Part shown: positions 18,743 to 28,639 of the stretch, one piece after another
Layout: every line of letters begins with the position of its first letter
Position numbering within the stretch: the first letter of the stretch is position 1
Origin: a bacterium
GTDB taxonomy: Bacteria; Patescibacteriota; Minisyncoccia; Phycocordibacterales; GWA1-40-21
NCBI GenBank assembly: GCA_037131755.1
Contig: JBAXQJ010000004.1
Location: 1,094 to 65,093 of the forward strand
Reading direction: 5' to 3'
DNA length: 64,000 nt
The notes under the pieces: generated by a model
What the model was told of the DNA's origin: nothing
The model's input: the letters and a program-made list of their open reading frames with translations, nothing else
Database searches by the model: none
Program-made: the position numbers and the translations under genes

Positions 18743-19081
18743 TTGAAAAAAATTGGTATAAATGTTCCTTGCAATAAGGCGTCGGGACTATGGTCCGCCA
18801 TAATCTTGATGGCCATGTCGGTAGTGACACCGCTGTTTTGGGTGGGCTTGTTCTGGGCGACAGCCTGGCTGTCCAAGCAATTGCTCTACTACGGCTGTGT
18901 CAGTGAGAGCGTTTGGATCGAATGGTCGATGAAGGGCTTGATTATAGGCCTTTTTGGTACCGAGATTTTCTTGCTAGGTGCCAACATTAAGGGCTCGGAA
19001 ATGTGGCGGCGATTCAAGCTTTTGTTTCAAAAACAAGCCCAGGCCGACAATGGATTCCGTCGGTGGAAAAGCAGTCTTTGA
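18743..19081 (+). CDS. hypothetical membrane protein
   Basis: 112 aa; GAGG RBS-like aagaggagg upstream; hydrophobic helices. Confidence 0.45.
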   Translation: MKKIGINVPCNKASGLWSAIILMAMSVVTPLFWVGLFWATAWLSKQLLYYGCVSESVWIEWSMKGLIIGLFGTEIFLLGANIKGSEMWRRFKLLFQKQAQADNGFRRWKSSL

Positions 19082-19100
19082 AAACGTCAGACAGAGGTTG

Positions 19101-19132
19101 GCTGCGGACTTAATTGTCCGCAGCTTTTTTGT
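19101..19132 (+). terminator. rho-independent terminator
   Basis: gctgcggac-ttaatt-gtccgcagc followed by TTTTTTGTT. Confidence 0.65.
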
Positions 19133-19250
19133 TATCAAAGCCCGGTTTTCTTGCTTTCAGCCTCTATCTATGCTATAAATATAGGCGTCTCATTCCACTC
19201 TTTAGTTATAAGGAATAGATGTTTTACTCTTAAAAGTAGGTCTCTACTTT

Positions 19251-19832
19251 TTGCGAATACAACATATTGGACGATGTTATCGTTCAAAAAGAGACGTTAA
19301 TCAATTTAATAAATTGAGTAATATAAAAGTCAGAATAAATCATCAGATCAGAGCGCTGGAATTGCGTGTGATTGGCCCTCAAGGTGAAAACTTTGGTGTC
19401 ATTTCTCACCGCGATGCCCTGGCCAAGGCTCAAGAATTGAATTTGGATTTGATAGAAATATCGCCAAATGCCAATCCTCCGATTGCCAAGATCACCGATT
19501 TCGGCAAGTGGCAATACGATGAAAAGAAGAAACAGAAAGTCGCCAAAACCAAACTTCATACCGTCGAGACCAAAAGTCTCCAGGTGAAAATTGGAACCGA
19601 CGAACACGATCTTCTGCTCAAAGCCTCCAAGGCTTCAGCTTGGCTCAAAGAAGGCCATCGCATCAAAATCGATCTCTTCCTCACCGGTCGCTCCAAGTAC
19701 ATGGATTTCAAATTCTTAAACGAAAGACTGGATCGAATCTTGAAACTGATTACTGAGAAATTCAAGGTTGCCGAACCGGCCAAAAAAGGCTTGAAAGGTT
19801 TGACAATGGTGATAGAAAAAAGCGCCAATTAA
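19251..19832 (+). CDS. infC: translation initiation factor IF-3 (start codon uncertain; ORF begins with TTG)
   Basis: RINHQIRALELRVIGPQGENFGVISHRDALAKAQELNLDLIEISPNANPPIAKITDFGKWQYD matches IF-3 N- and C-domains. The true start is probably internal/non-canonical, as IF-3 commonly is. Confidence 0.8.
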   Translation: MRIQHIGRCYRSKRDVNQFNKLSNIKVRINHQIRALELRVIGPQGENFGVISHRDALAKAQELNLDLIEISPNANPPIAKITDFGKWQYDEKKKQKVAKTKLHTVETKSLQVKIGTDEHDLLLKASKASAWLKEGHRIKIDLFLTGRSKYMDFKFLNERLDRILKLITEKFKVAEPAKKGLKGLTMVIEKSAN

Positions 19833-19886
19833 AAATTATTTATTAATCGATCGGGAAAAAATTAATAATTCCCTATCAAAAACAGG

Positions 19887-20072
19887 ATGAAAACAAACAA
19901 ATCATTTACCAAAAGATTGAAGGTGACACGAAGAGGCAAGGTTATCGGCCGAGTTGCCGGACAAGGACACTTTAATTCCAAAGAAAGCCGCCGTAGCCAG
20001 TTGGCCAAAAAACGAACAGTGGCGGTCAAATTTAAAAACAAAGATCTGGGACGCTTCCTATCAAACGCATAA
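19887..20072 (+). CDS. rpmI: 50S ribosomal protein L35
   Basis: 61 aa, basic; position between infC and rplT. Confidence 0.8.
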   Translation: MKTNKSFTKRLKVTRRGKVIGRVAGQGHFNSKESRRSQLAKKRTVAVKFKNKDLGRFLSNA

Positions 20073-20100
20073 TTTAAATATTAGTTAAACACACAAAACA

Positions 20101-20445
20101 ATGACAAGAGTAAAAAGAGGAGTATTAAAGACCAAGACCCGAAGAAACCTGTTGAAGCAAGTCAAAGGTTATCGTTTTGCCCGATCCAAAAAAGAGTCCG
20201 CAGCTTTTGAAGCTTTGGCTCATGCCGGGGCTTATGCGTTTGCCCACCGCCGAGACAAGAAAGGTTCTGCTCGCCGACTATGGAATGTGAAGATCAATGC
20301 TTCTCTCCGACCGCTTGGTTTTTCTTATAGCAAGTTCATCGGGGCAATGAAAAAGAAAGGCATGACCGTTGACCGAAAGATCCTCGCTGATTTGGCCATG
20401 AATAATCCTGAGACTTTCTCAAGATTTGTCGGCCAGGTAAAGTAA
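20101..20445 (+). CDS. rplT: 50S ribosomal protein L20
   Basis: MTRVKRGVLKTKTRRNLLKQVKGYRFARSK... matches L20. Confidence 0.9.
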   Translation: MTRVKRGVLKTKTRRNLLKQVKGYRFARSKKESAAFEALAHAGAYAFAHRRDKKGSARRLWNVKINASLRPLGFSYSKFIGAMKKKGMTVDRKILADLAMNNPETFSRFVGQVK

Positions 20446-20470
20446 TATCAATATTTTCAATAAGAAATCA

Positions 20471-20506
20471 AAAGAGCGGTTGGGCAAGGCCCAACCGCTC
20501 TTTTGA
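20471..20506. terminator. bidirectional terminator between rplT and RNase J
   Basis: aaagagcggttgggc-aag-gcccaaccgctcttt, 15-bp stem with A/T runs on both sides. Confidence 0.65.
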
Positions 20507-20528
20507 TTTCTGTTGATTGAGATTCTTA

Positions 20529-21905
20529 TTAATCCAATTCCACGGAATCACCGAGCTGGGGATGATAAGCATCAACGCCAACATAATCCCGGAGACGCTG
20601 GACCAAAAATAGCGCGGATTTAGGCTCGCCCATTACCGCAAAAACCTTTGTTAGTTTGTGATTATTTTCGGCAGTCTCAACAAATTCGATCAAGTGATCA
20701 GAGTCCTTATGTGATGAATAACCGGAAATAGAATCGATTTTCGCCCGGACGTCCTTTTTCTCACCAAAGATTTCTACCGTCTTGGCACCGTCTTGCAACT
20801 GTCGTCCCAGACTGCCGGCTGCTTGATAACCGACAAGTAGGATCTCGGCATTGGGATTGGTCATGTAATGATTCTCATGCATTACTACCCGCCCACCGAC
20901 CGACATTCCCGAACCGGCCATGATGATTTTAGGGTTCGGCACATGCTCAATCGCCATCGACTCCTCGGTCCGAACCGTAAATTTCAGGCGGGGAAAACTA
21001 AAAATATCGTCGCCAGAATGAATATCCGCCAAAGCCTTGTTATTGAAATCTTTCTCGTACCGCCTGTAAACATCGGTAATCTTGGCCGCCAAAGGCGAGT
21101 CGATAAAAACCGGCACTTGCTGCTTGATTTCTCCGCCCTCGAACAACTCATTCATTTCATAAATAATCATCTGTGTTCTCTCCAGGGAAAAAGCCGGAAT
21201 GATCAGGGTGCGCTTGTATTTTATCGCATCCATAATCGCTTGTTTCAATTTTTTGCGACGCTCTTCTTTTGGCTCATGATTTCTGTCACCGTAGACGCTT
21301 TCCATTACCAAGTAATCAGCATCCGTGATGTCTTCGGTATCTCGCAAAAGCAAAGATGGTGAGTTACCCAAATCGCCAGTAAAAACAATTCTCTTGGCTT
21401 CTCCGGCATCGTTTTTGTATGATAGTTCAATCATCGCTGAACCTAAGATATGGCCGGAGTCCTTCATATACATTGAAACACCGTCCTTTAATTCATGGTG
21501 GGTGTGATAAGGTACGGTTTCCCAAAGCTTTAAAGATTGAACAACGTCCTTTTCTTCATAAATCGGCAAGACTCCATGATGCTGGGCGTTGCTTTGCAAA
21601 ATCCGCACGGTGTCATCCAACAATAGCGCGGCCAGGTCTCTTGTCTCTGGAGTGCTCAAGATTTGGCCACGGAAACCATCTTTGACCAATTTAGGAATAC
21701 GACCGATGTGATCGATGTGGGCATGTGTTATCAATAAAAAATCAATCGTCGCCGGATTATAGGAAAAATCTGAACGGTTAAAATTCTCTGATTCCCCATT
21801 GCCCTGTTCCAGACCGCAATCAATTAAAATTTTCACTTCGGAGTTTTCCAGCAAAAAATTGGCGCCCGTTACCGTTCCTGTTCCTCCATAAAATGTTAAT
21901 TTCAT
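20529..21905 (-). CDS. rnj: beta-CASP metallo-beta-lactamase ribonuclease (RNase J-like)
   Basis: 458 aa; MBL motif HAHIDHIG; beta-CASP region; typical size for a compact RNase J. Confidence 0.7.
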   Translation of the reverse strand: MKLTFYGGTGTVTGANFLLENSEVKILIDCGLEQGNGESENFNRSDFSYNPATIDFLLITHAHIDHIGRIPKLVKDGFRGQILSTPETRDLAALLLDDTVRILQSNAQHHGVLPIYEEKDVVQSLKLWETVPYHTHHELKDGVSMYMKDSGHILGSAMIELSYKNDAGEAKRIVFTGDLGNSPSLLLRDTEDITDADYLVMESVYGDRNHEPKEERRKKLKQAIMDAIKYKRTLIIPAFSLERTQMIIYEMNELFEGGEIKQQVPVFIDSPLAAKITDVYRRYEKDFNNKALADIHSGDDIFSFPRLKFTVRTEESMAIEHVPNPKIIMAGSGMSVGGRVVMHENHYMTNPNAEILLVGYQAAGSLGRQLQDGAKTVEIFGEKKDVRAKIDSISGYSSHKDSDHLIEFVETAENNHKLTKVFAVMGEPKSALFLVQRLRDYVGVDAYHPQLGDSVELD

Positions 21906-21937
21906 TATTCGTAATAATTAAGCGGTGAATAAATACC

Positions 21938-22399
21938 CTAGGCCTTATAATCAACTATTCCTCCCTTGATATCTGGTGGACAAGACAAACCACTAACCGG
22001 CACGCACTTCTTTGTCTTGGTAAAATAAAGGTAAGCCAAGAACGAGCCAATGATACCACTCACAATGTCCCCGATCGTGTCCAAACCATAGCCTGGTTGA
22101 TAAACTGAGGTTATCCCCGCTTTGATCTCGTATACTTCCCACAAAAAACCAGCAGCAGCTGAAATCAAGATCGCAATAGCAAAACTTTTAAACTTGTAAT
22201 CTCTTAATGAATTGATTTGATTAAAGATAAACAGTACCCACAAGACCAATAACGATAACCACAAACCGCCTAAGACATGAACCACTATATCTAGCCAACG
22301 GAAAGACCAGTACCAATGATAATAAGTGGCCAGAAAATGCAGGGTCAGAAAAGTTATTAAGACAAGAATTGAGAATGGAAACGGCCTTTGCTTGAACAT
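21938..22399 (-). CDS. hypothetical integral membrane protein
   Basis: 153 aa, 4 hydrophobic helices. Confidence 0.5.
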   Translation of the reverse strand: MFKQRPFPFSILVLITFLTLHFLATYYHWYWSFRWLDIVVHVLGGLWLSLLVLWVLFIFNQINSLRDYKFKSFAIAILISAAAGFLWEVYEIKAGITSVYQPGYGLDTIGDIVSGIIGSFLAYLYFTKTKKCVPVSGLSCPPDIKGGIVDYKA

Positions 22400-22416
22400 A
22401 GGAATATTATACCCTA

Positions 22417-22458
22417 TCCTAATTAAAAAATCATTCCGAAGAATGATTTTTTAATTAG
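22417..22458. other. perfect 19-bp AT-rich inverted repeat (possible terminator/attenuator)
   Basis: cctaattaaaaaatcattc-cgaa-gaatgattttttaattagg. Confidence 0.35.
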
Positions 22459-22622
22459 GATTGTTATGAGATATTCTCCTAGAAATATATCTAGGTGGGT
22501 GTCCGCAGATAGACGACCAAGGCCGCTACCGATGTAGAACTCCCGTGCAAAATTATTTAAGCTAGAAAATATCCCTAACAACCCTACCTATATTATACAC
22601 CCAAATAAACAAAAGCAAATGG

Positions 22623-23390
22623 TCAATAAACCCTTAAAATAGATATGATTCCGCTGGCACCGGTAGATACTCCGATGGTATCCACATTAGAGATAACGAT
22701 AGGCGTATTGGCCGGCACGGTCAATAAATTAGTTCCGGCTGACGTAGCCGAACTGACAATCCTGTCGTTACCGCAGAAACCATATAAACTCGTCGGCACG
22801 ACGGTCACTCCATTAATCGTCAGGTAATCATCGGCGCTGATATCTGTCTTAGCTTTCAAAATGACATCAAAAGGATACTGCTCGGTAGTGGTAGACCTGG
22901 AGGACTGAACGCACACCCCAGTACCCCTTGACGGAAACATCGCGCTTAAATTCAAAGTAGCAATCTCCTCCGGTAGACGAACACAAGTCCCCACCACTCC
23001 GAACAGGCTGGTGCCGGTGGCAATGTTAGCGGCAATTAGGTTTGGTTCAGCCGTCGATAACGACGAAGTCGAATAAAAGCCAGCATCGATAACCCCTGAG
23101 TTGTTTAGGCTTCGCCAAGAGACGGTGTTCCAGATGTCAGTCAGAGTATTGAGAGAGGGAGTGGGAATAGTCGCTGGCGCAAAAGCATGATTAGCCAAAG
23201 TAGCTCCGGTATTTGAGGAGATTTTGTTGAGGATATCATCCAAAGTGTACATCGACGCGGCGGGAGAGGAGGCAGGAACAAGAGAGCCGGCAATAACGGG
23301 GATTGTCAAAACAAAAGTAACGATCAGGGGTATGAGGATTTTCTGTCTGATATTTCCTTTTATCATAAGGCTATTATAGCAATTTAACAA
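22623..23390 (-). CDS. secreted protein, paralog family member A (shared N-terminal module)
   Basis: Signal peptide; the motifs SLVPASSP...YTLDDILNKISS and NIATGTSLFGVVGT are shared with the next two genes. Confidence 0.6.
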   Translation of the reverse strand: MLNCYNSLMIKGNIRQKILIPLIVTFVLTIPVIAGSLVPASSPAASMYTLDDILNKISSNTGATLANHAFAPATIPTPSLNTLTDIWNTVSWRSLNNSGVIDAGFYSTSSLSTAEPNLIAANIATGTSLFGVVGTCVRLPEEIATLNLSAMFPSRGTGVCVQSSRSTTTEQYPFDVILKAKTDISADDYLTINGVTVVPTSLYGFCGNDRIVSSATSAGTNLLTVPANTPIVISNVDTIGVSTGASGIISILRVY

Positions 23391-23417
23391 ACAAAAATCA
23401 TCATCCGCCTGTTAGAC

Positions 23418-24527
23418 TTATTGCACCAGGCTTCGGCCAGAGCCAGCATTGTAAAGATTGGCAATCTCCGTCTCAGTCAAAGTGCGATTCCAAATGGCCC
23501 CTTCATCAACATCACCATAATAATATCTCAAAAACGGTGCGCCGCTTTCCCCCGACCGATAATAGCCGCCCGGGAAATGACCAAGATGGGTATAGGCGCT
23601 CATTGTTCCGTCAACAGTCAAACTATTGGGAACTTTTACGCCGTCGACATAGACATTCAAAGTGGTGCCGTTAGCGGTAGCGGCAAAATGATGCCAATTC
23701 AGATCGGTAAGATGATAACCGGTACCTTTCCAATAGCCATTTAATACCATCAACTGGTTTGAAGAGACATCGCCATAGCTGTCACCGCCACCGATCATTA
23801 GAGCAAAAGTATCGGCACTCCAATCATGACCCCAGCCGATCATCTGACCGTTCCTCATGTTCAGCTGACTGGCCTTGGCCCAGACAGAAACACTGAAAAT
23901 TTCCTGCGTTGGCATATTATTCATATTCAGACTCACTTCACGCGCCCCATTGAAAGCAAAAGCATTGGCAAATTTGCCGGCACTGTAAGCAGCACTGCCA
24001 ATCGTCCAGGACGCATTATTGGAATTACCGGAATTATCGTCGGTATTGTCATTGCCAGGCCAATAGCCGATCATTCCGGCTCTTAAACCGCTCACGATCT
24101 GACCTTCCGTTGGCTGACACGCTGGCGGCACATAAGTGCCCACCACTCCGAACAGACTGGTGCCGGTAGCAATGTTGGCTGGCTGGAGATCGGTATCGAT
24201 ATCGGATAAGGTGGCAGTCGGGTAAATCCCCTTTTCTAAGATTGAGCTATCTGGATTAATGGTTTTATGGGAAGGAATGTTGTTCCAAAGTTCAGCTAGA
24301 GTCAAAAAAGTTCCAGCCGGAATCAGCTCGGGATTGTAAGCATGCGAAGAAACGGAAAAAGTACTGGAGGAAATCCGATTATTGATATCCGAAAGCGTGT
24401 AGGCAAAAGTGCCAGGAGAAATTGTTGGCGTAAGGGAGCCCGCAAAAGCGGAAAGCGTAAACAAAATGGCGCCAGACAGCAGATTGATCAGAATTTTGTT
24501 CGGCATTGTATTTAAGATTACTGGCAT
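23418..24527 (-). CDS. secreted protein, paralog B, with C-terminal LamG/concanavalin-like domain
   Basis: Signal peptide; shared N-module (YTLSDINNRISS...NIATGTSLFGVVGT); C-terminal jelly-roll-like segment (LNVYVDGVKV...LTETEIANLYN). Confidence 0.6.
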   Translation of the reverse strand: MPVILNTMPNKILINLLSGAILFTLSAFAGSLTPTISPGTFAYTLSDINNRISSSTFSVSSHAYNPELIPAGTFLTLAELWNNIPSHKTINPDSSILEKGIYPTATLSDIDTDLQPANIATGTSLFGVVGTYVPPACQPTEGQIVSGLRAGMIGYWPGNDNTDDNSGNSNNASWTIGSAAYSAGKFANAFAFNGAREVSLNMNNMPTQEIFSVSVWAKASQLNMRNGQMIGWGHDWSADTFALMIGGGDSYGDVSSNQLMVLNGYWKGTGYHLTDLNWHHFAATANGTTLNVYVDGVKVPNSLTVDGTMSAYTHLGHFPGGYYRSGESGAPFLRYYYGDVDEGAIWNRTLTETEIANLYNAGSGRSLVQ

Positions 24528-24922
24528 AGCAGACTGCCAGTCACGCCCAAAATGGTGGTGCTGGCTTTGATATTGCTGGGCACCAAATCAGTGTCGACTT
24601 GTGCTAAATTTGTTTGATCATAGATACCAGCCTCGATCGAGACAGTCGAGCTTGAAACTGTTTTGTGGGGTGGAATGGCGTTGTAAATTTCTTCCAAAGA
24701 CGGCATGGAGACAGCATTGGTCGCCACGGTTGGCTTCAAATCGTGTCCGGCTGAAACATAACCAGGGGTGGTAAGTTTTTGATAGATATCATTTAGGGTA
24801 TAGTAATTGGAAATCAAAGGGACGCTCGCTGTTGGCACAAGCTTGTCAGCGATTACCACGCCGCCAACGACAAAAAAGATGGCGACTAGATTGATTAGGA
24901 TGTTTTTGAATAAAGTATTCAT
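24518..24922 (-). CDS. secreted protein, paralog C (N-module only)
   Basis: Signal peptide; YTLNDIYQKLTT ... TTILGVTGSLLCQ resembles the N-module of paralogs A and B. Confidence 0.55.
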   Translation of the reverse strand: MNTLFKNILINLVAIFFVVGGVVIADKLVPTASVPLISNYYTLNDIYQKLTTPGYVSAGHDLKPTVATNAVSMPSLEEIYNAIPPHKTVSSSTVSIEAGIYDQTNLAQVDTDLVPSNIKASTTILGVTGSLLCQ

Positions 24923-24955
24923 ACCTGTATTATAGCAAACATTATCGCTTATGGA

Positions 24956-25576
24956 CTATTCCAAAATTCCGTCCAAATTCACATCGTAAAGGATCTCGTC
25001 CTGAATCAGACGATAATTCAGAAGCTCTTCCTCGGTAAACCAGAGATTTATTTCGTTCTGAGCCTCTTCCACCGAACCGGAAGCGTGGACCAGGTTACGA
25101 ATGGCTCGGCCATCGGTATCGGCAATGACATAAGAATCAATGACAAAATCACCGCGGATCGTACCGACATCGGAGGTGAGCGGCTCGGTACCGCCAGTCA
25201 GCTTTCGAACGACAGCAACGGCATTTACCCCCTGCCAGCACATGACCACGACCGGACCGCTCGTCATATAGCTTGTCAGGTTTTTCAAGACGCGGTTACC
25301 GACTTCGATTGGGTCCATTGAGGGCGGGGTCAGGCCTTTCTTTTGATAACTGCCGATGGATTTCTCACCGACTTTTCGCACCCATTCCGGGTCCAAAGTA
25401 TAATGTTTTTCGGCCATTTCCGCCTTGGGTATCAGGAATTTCAGGCCGGTCAATTTCAGACCGACTCGTTCATAACGGCCGATGATTTCCCCGATCAACG
25501 TTCGCTGAACGCCATCTGGTTTGATGATTACGAAAGTCCTTTCGTTTTTCATATGAGTGCTTTGCGGTATAGCCAT
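24956..25576 (-). CDS. ndk: nucleoside diphosphate kinase with terminal extensions
   Basis: FVIIKPDGVQRTLIGEIIGRYE...GDFVID...NLVHASGS(V) NDK motifs. Confidence 0.8.
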   Translation of the reverse strand: MAIPQSTHMKNERTFVIIKPDGVQRTLIGEIIGRYERVGLKLTGLKFLIPKAEMAEKHYTLDPEWVRKVGEKSIGSYQKKGLTPPSMDPIEVGNRVLKNLTSYMTSGPVVVMCWQGVNAVAVVRKLTGGTEPLTSDVGTIRGDFVIDSYVIADTDGRAIRNLVHASGSVEEAQNEINLWFTEEELLNYRLIQDEILYDVNLDGILE

Positions 25577-25659
25577 AAATTTAAAATAGTTAATAGCGAG
25601 TAATGTAGAAATTATAGTACCGAACAGGCAAAGAGTCCAGGCGGTCTATTCTAAACTTT

Positions 25660-25752
25660 AACCGGTCGTCTGTTGATTTTTAAGTGTCTGGTTGAGGCTA
25701 TTTCCATAGCCGACCCGATGACCGAAAAAATCAACAGGCGACCGGTTTATTT
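25660..25752. other. long inverted repeat / structured element between ATPase and ndk
   Basis: accggtcgtctgttgattttt ... aaaaatcaacaggcgaccggt (21-bp arms, 1 mismatch), about 44-nt spacer containing a ggctat-ttcc-atagcc hairpin, followed by a T-run. Confidence 0.4.
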
Positions 25753-25761
25753 TTTTAATGG

Positions 25762-28596
25762 CTAAATCTTAAACGGCGACACGGCCGGAGCTGGCGGGGG
25801 CGGAACGTCTTTTTTTTCATATTTTTTCACAATCTCTTTTTCTACCTCTTCCCGCTCCCGGCCAAACTTGAGATAGGACAATTCTTTGAGTTTGGAAATG
25901 ATAGTTGGATCACCTTTTGGCGGCAGCATATTTTGGATATTGAACGGCTTGACCGGCACTCCTTTGGCCAGCATTTTTAGATAACAGTTGAAATTATCGA
26001 TATTCATAATGTCTCGGGCCGTAAAGACCGGCGCAAATTGTTTTTCCAAAAATTCGGCATCTTCGGAACCGACCCGGAAAGCCGCGATGGAACCAACGTT
26101 GCCAAAGACGGAGTCTTTGATCTTTTCATCGAGTTGTTTGATATATTGATGAGCGATATTGAGTGACAGTTTGTATTTTCGCGCTTCGGACAAAATTGTT
26201 GAGATCGAATCAGTGGTAATGTTTTGGAATTCATCGATGTACAAATAAAACGGCGGGGTATCGGTGCCCAGAGAATCGACTCGCGACAGGGCCGCCATCA
26301 AAATCTTGCCGACGACGATCAAACCGATCAGGTTGGCATTGATATCTCCCAGACGGCCTTTGGACAAATTGACCAGCAGGATTTTCTTGTTATCCATGAT
26401 TTCGCGAAAATTGAAAGATGATTTTTCCTGGGCTACCACCGGTCGCATAATCTCGTTTGCCAAGAAAACATCAAACTTGCTGGTGATATACGGCACGATA
26501 TTGGCGAGCGACGCTTCGCCGCCAGCCTTTTCCGCCACCTCCCGCCAGAACTGAACCACAACTGGGTTTTTACAATGAGACAGTTTTAGCTCGCGAAACT
26601 GCTTATTGGCCAGAACCCGCGAAACATCCAAAAGAGTGTTGCCGGTTTCTGGATCTTCCAAGACCAGCATTGTCGCGTTGCGGAAATACTGCTCGAACAT
26701 CGGTCCACCCGCCACTTTCATATCAAACAATTTATTAAAAATCGACAGCATTTCGTTTACCACAAAAGTCTTTTGTTCCGGGAAACGAACATCGTACTCG
26801 AGCATATTGAGGGCCATCGGTCGTGGCGTATAGGCCGGATCGAAATAAATCACATCTTCGTAACGCTCCTTGGGAATGATCGATAAGATATCCTGAATAT
26901 CCGAACCGTGCGGATCGATCATACAGACACCGTCACCGTTTTTAATATCCTGGGCGATCATATTCTTGAGCAGAGTCGTCTTACCAGTACCAGTCTGACC
27001 GATGGCATAGAAATGTCGGAGGCGATCCTCTTTGGCCATATAGATTTTGGTCTCAACGTTTCGGTTTGTGTTTGTTCCCAAGAGAATTCCCTCCGTTGGT
27101 AGGCCAAGCGGCGCCGGTGCCGTCCCGCTCTTGGAGATTTTCACGCCCGGTGAAGCACGCATCTCGCCCGATGGTAAATGCAACATCGTTGTGATTTCCC
27201 GGATATTCAAAGGCATTTTCTGACTATTTTCGAACACTCGAAAGGAAAACTCCCGGAGGACTTTTTTGAGCTCCCGGCCTTTCATTCGGGCAAAGGATAC
27301 TCGATTACTGCCGGTATTTTCAAACTGATTAAAAGCTGATTCAAGGTCAATCAGGATTCTTTCGGCTTCGGACTCGGTTGGGGCGGAAGCAACTAATCGG
27401 ATATTGGTTTCGACGGTTGGTGACTGGATCTTGGCATTCAAATTTTCCAAGATCGCCTTGTCCGGCAAATTCCTTGGGTCTTCGCCTTTTTTGTCTTTTT
27501 CCTTATCCTTGTCTTTCTTGTTTTTTTCCGCTGACTTAAAAAGGGCTTTGCCGAAATCCTTCACTACCGACTTGAGCATGCCGGCAAAAGTCAGACGGTC
27601 CATCTTGATCGCGTCCTTCAGTTTCATCCCCTTATCAATATCTTGCAAAGCTCGCTTGTAGAAACGGGTGTAATGCTCCCCGACCGGCTTGAACACCAGC
27701 TGAATGGCGGCACCGGCGCCGTCTTTGCTGATTTTTGAGAAAGCGTTCAAGATTATATTTAGCGGATCATAATCAAAATGCTCATAATATTTGATCGGAT
27801 AAAAATGATTGGCGAGCTGTTTACCACAAGATACGACCGACTTACCGGTTTCATTAAAAATATTATAATCGTCTTTCTTCTCGAAAATCTTGGCGTTGGG
27901 GAAAATGGCCAGGATCTGTTTTTCAAACAAACCGACCTTGCTGTTAGGTACGGCGACATAGAAAACCGTTTCCTCACTGCCATTACTGTTAGCCAGTTCC
28001 ACCGTAAAATACTGCGGACCGTCCGTCTCATCAGAAACAGCAATCATGCCGGCATAAAACTGCTCCATTTTGGAAATTAATTCTTTCAAGTTACGCTGCT
28101 TGTCTTTTTCTTCTGTCGGTTCCGGCAAAGAAACTTCAAACAAGGTCATCTTGAGCGACCTGAAGAAAGGCGATTTTTCCAATCGGCCGGCAATCGGCAA
28201 GCCCGCCTTGATATATTGAACCAAGAAGCGGTGGAAATCGTCATCCAAATGCGAATCGTTCATTTTTTCCACGATGGACAAGGCATTCATCAGGCCTTTG
28301 GATTGCAAAACGGTCACCAGCTCTTCCATTTTGGTATCATGCTCTTCCGGCATTAAATCCAGGACGATTGCGTCAATTTCTTTTGGTTGCAACTGATACT
28401 CCGGTTCCAAGACTTTCTCTGGTTTTTCGGCTTTGTAGTCGATGATCTTTTCGGTAATCACCGCTTCACGAACCGGCTCTAGACCTTTTTCCGCAATCGT
28501 CTTTTCGTGCTTGGCCACCTGGGCGCGCAAAAAATTCAATTCCTCCTGGGGAGAACTGAATTTCTGTTCCATTTTTTCAAAACTACCTTCGGTCAT
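25762..28596 (-). CDS. VirB4/TraC/VirD4-superfamily P-loop ATPase (FtsK/HerA-like) with large N-terminal domain of unknown function
   Basis: 944 aa; Walker A AIGQTGTGKTTL; Walker B LYIDEF; downstream R-finger/HQ...QL region; no N-terminal TM helices. Confidence 0.6.
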   Translation of the reverse strand: MTEGSFEKMEQKFSSPQEELNFLRAQVAKHEKTIAEKGLEPVREAVITEKIIDYKAEKPEKVLEPEYQLQPKEIDAIVLDLMPEEHDTKMEELVTVLQSKGLMNALSIVEKMNDSHLDDDFHRFLVQYIKAGLPIAGRLEKSPFFRSLKMTLFEVSLPEPTEEKDKQRNLKELISKMEQFYAGMIAVSDETDGPQYFTVELANSNGSEETVFYVAVPNSKVGLFEKQILAIFPNAKIFEKKDDYNIFNETGKSVVSCGKQLANHFYPIKYYEHFDYDPLNIILNAFSKISKDGAGAAIQLVFKPVGEHYTRFYKRALQDIDKGMKLKDAIKMDRLTFAGMLKSVVKDFGKALFKSAEKNKKDKDKEKDKKGEDPRNLPDKAILENLNAKIQSPTVETNIRLVASAPTESEAERILIDLESAFNQFENTGSNRVSFARMKGRELKKVLREFSFRVFENSQKMPLNIREITTMLHLPSGEMRASPGVKISKSGTAPAPLGLPTEGILLGTNTNRNVETKIYMAKEDRLRHFYAIGQTGTGKTTLLKNMIAQDIKNGDGVCMIDPHGSDIQDILSIIPKERYEDVIYFDPAYTPRPMALNMLEYDVRFPEQKTFVVNEMLSIFNKLFDMKVAGGPMFEQYFRNATMLVLEDPETGNTLLDVSRVLANKQFRELKLSHCKNPVVVQFWREVAEKAGGEASLANIVPYITSKFDVFLANEIMRPVVAQEKSSFNFREIMDNKKILLVNLSKGRLGDINANLIGLIVVGKILMAALSRVDSLGTDTPPFYLYIDEFQNITTDSISTILSEARKYKLSLNIAHQYIKQLDEKIKDSVFGNVGSIAAFRVGSEDAEFLEKQFAPVFTARDIMNIDNFNCYLKMLAKGVPVKPFNIQNMLPPKGDPTIISKLKELSYLKFGREREEVEKEIVKKYEKKDVPPPPAPAVSPFKI

Positions 28597-28639
28597 TTGA
28601 AGAAATTATATCATATAAATATGCCTAATGGAAAAATAA

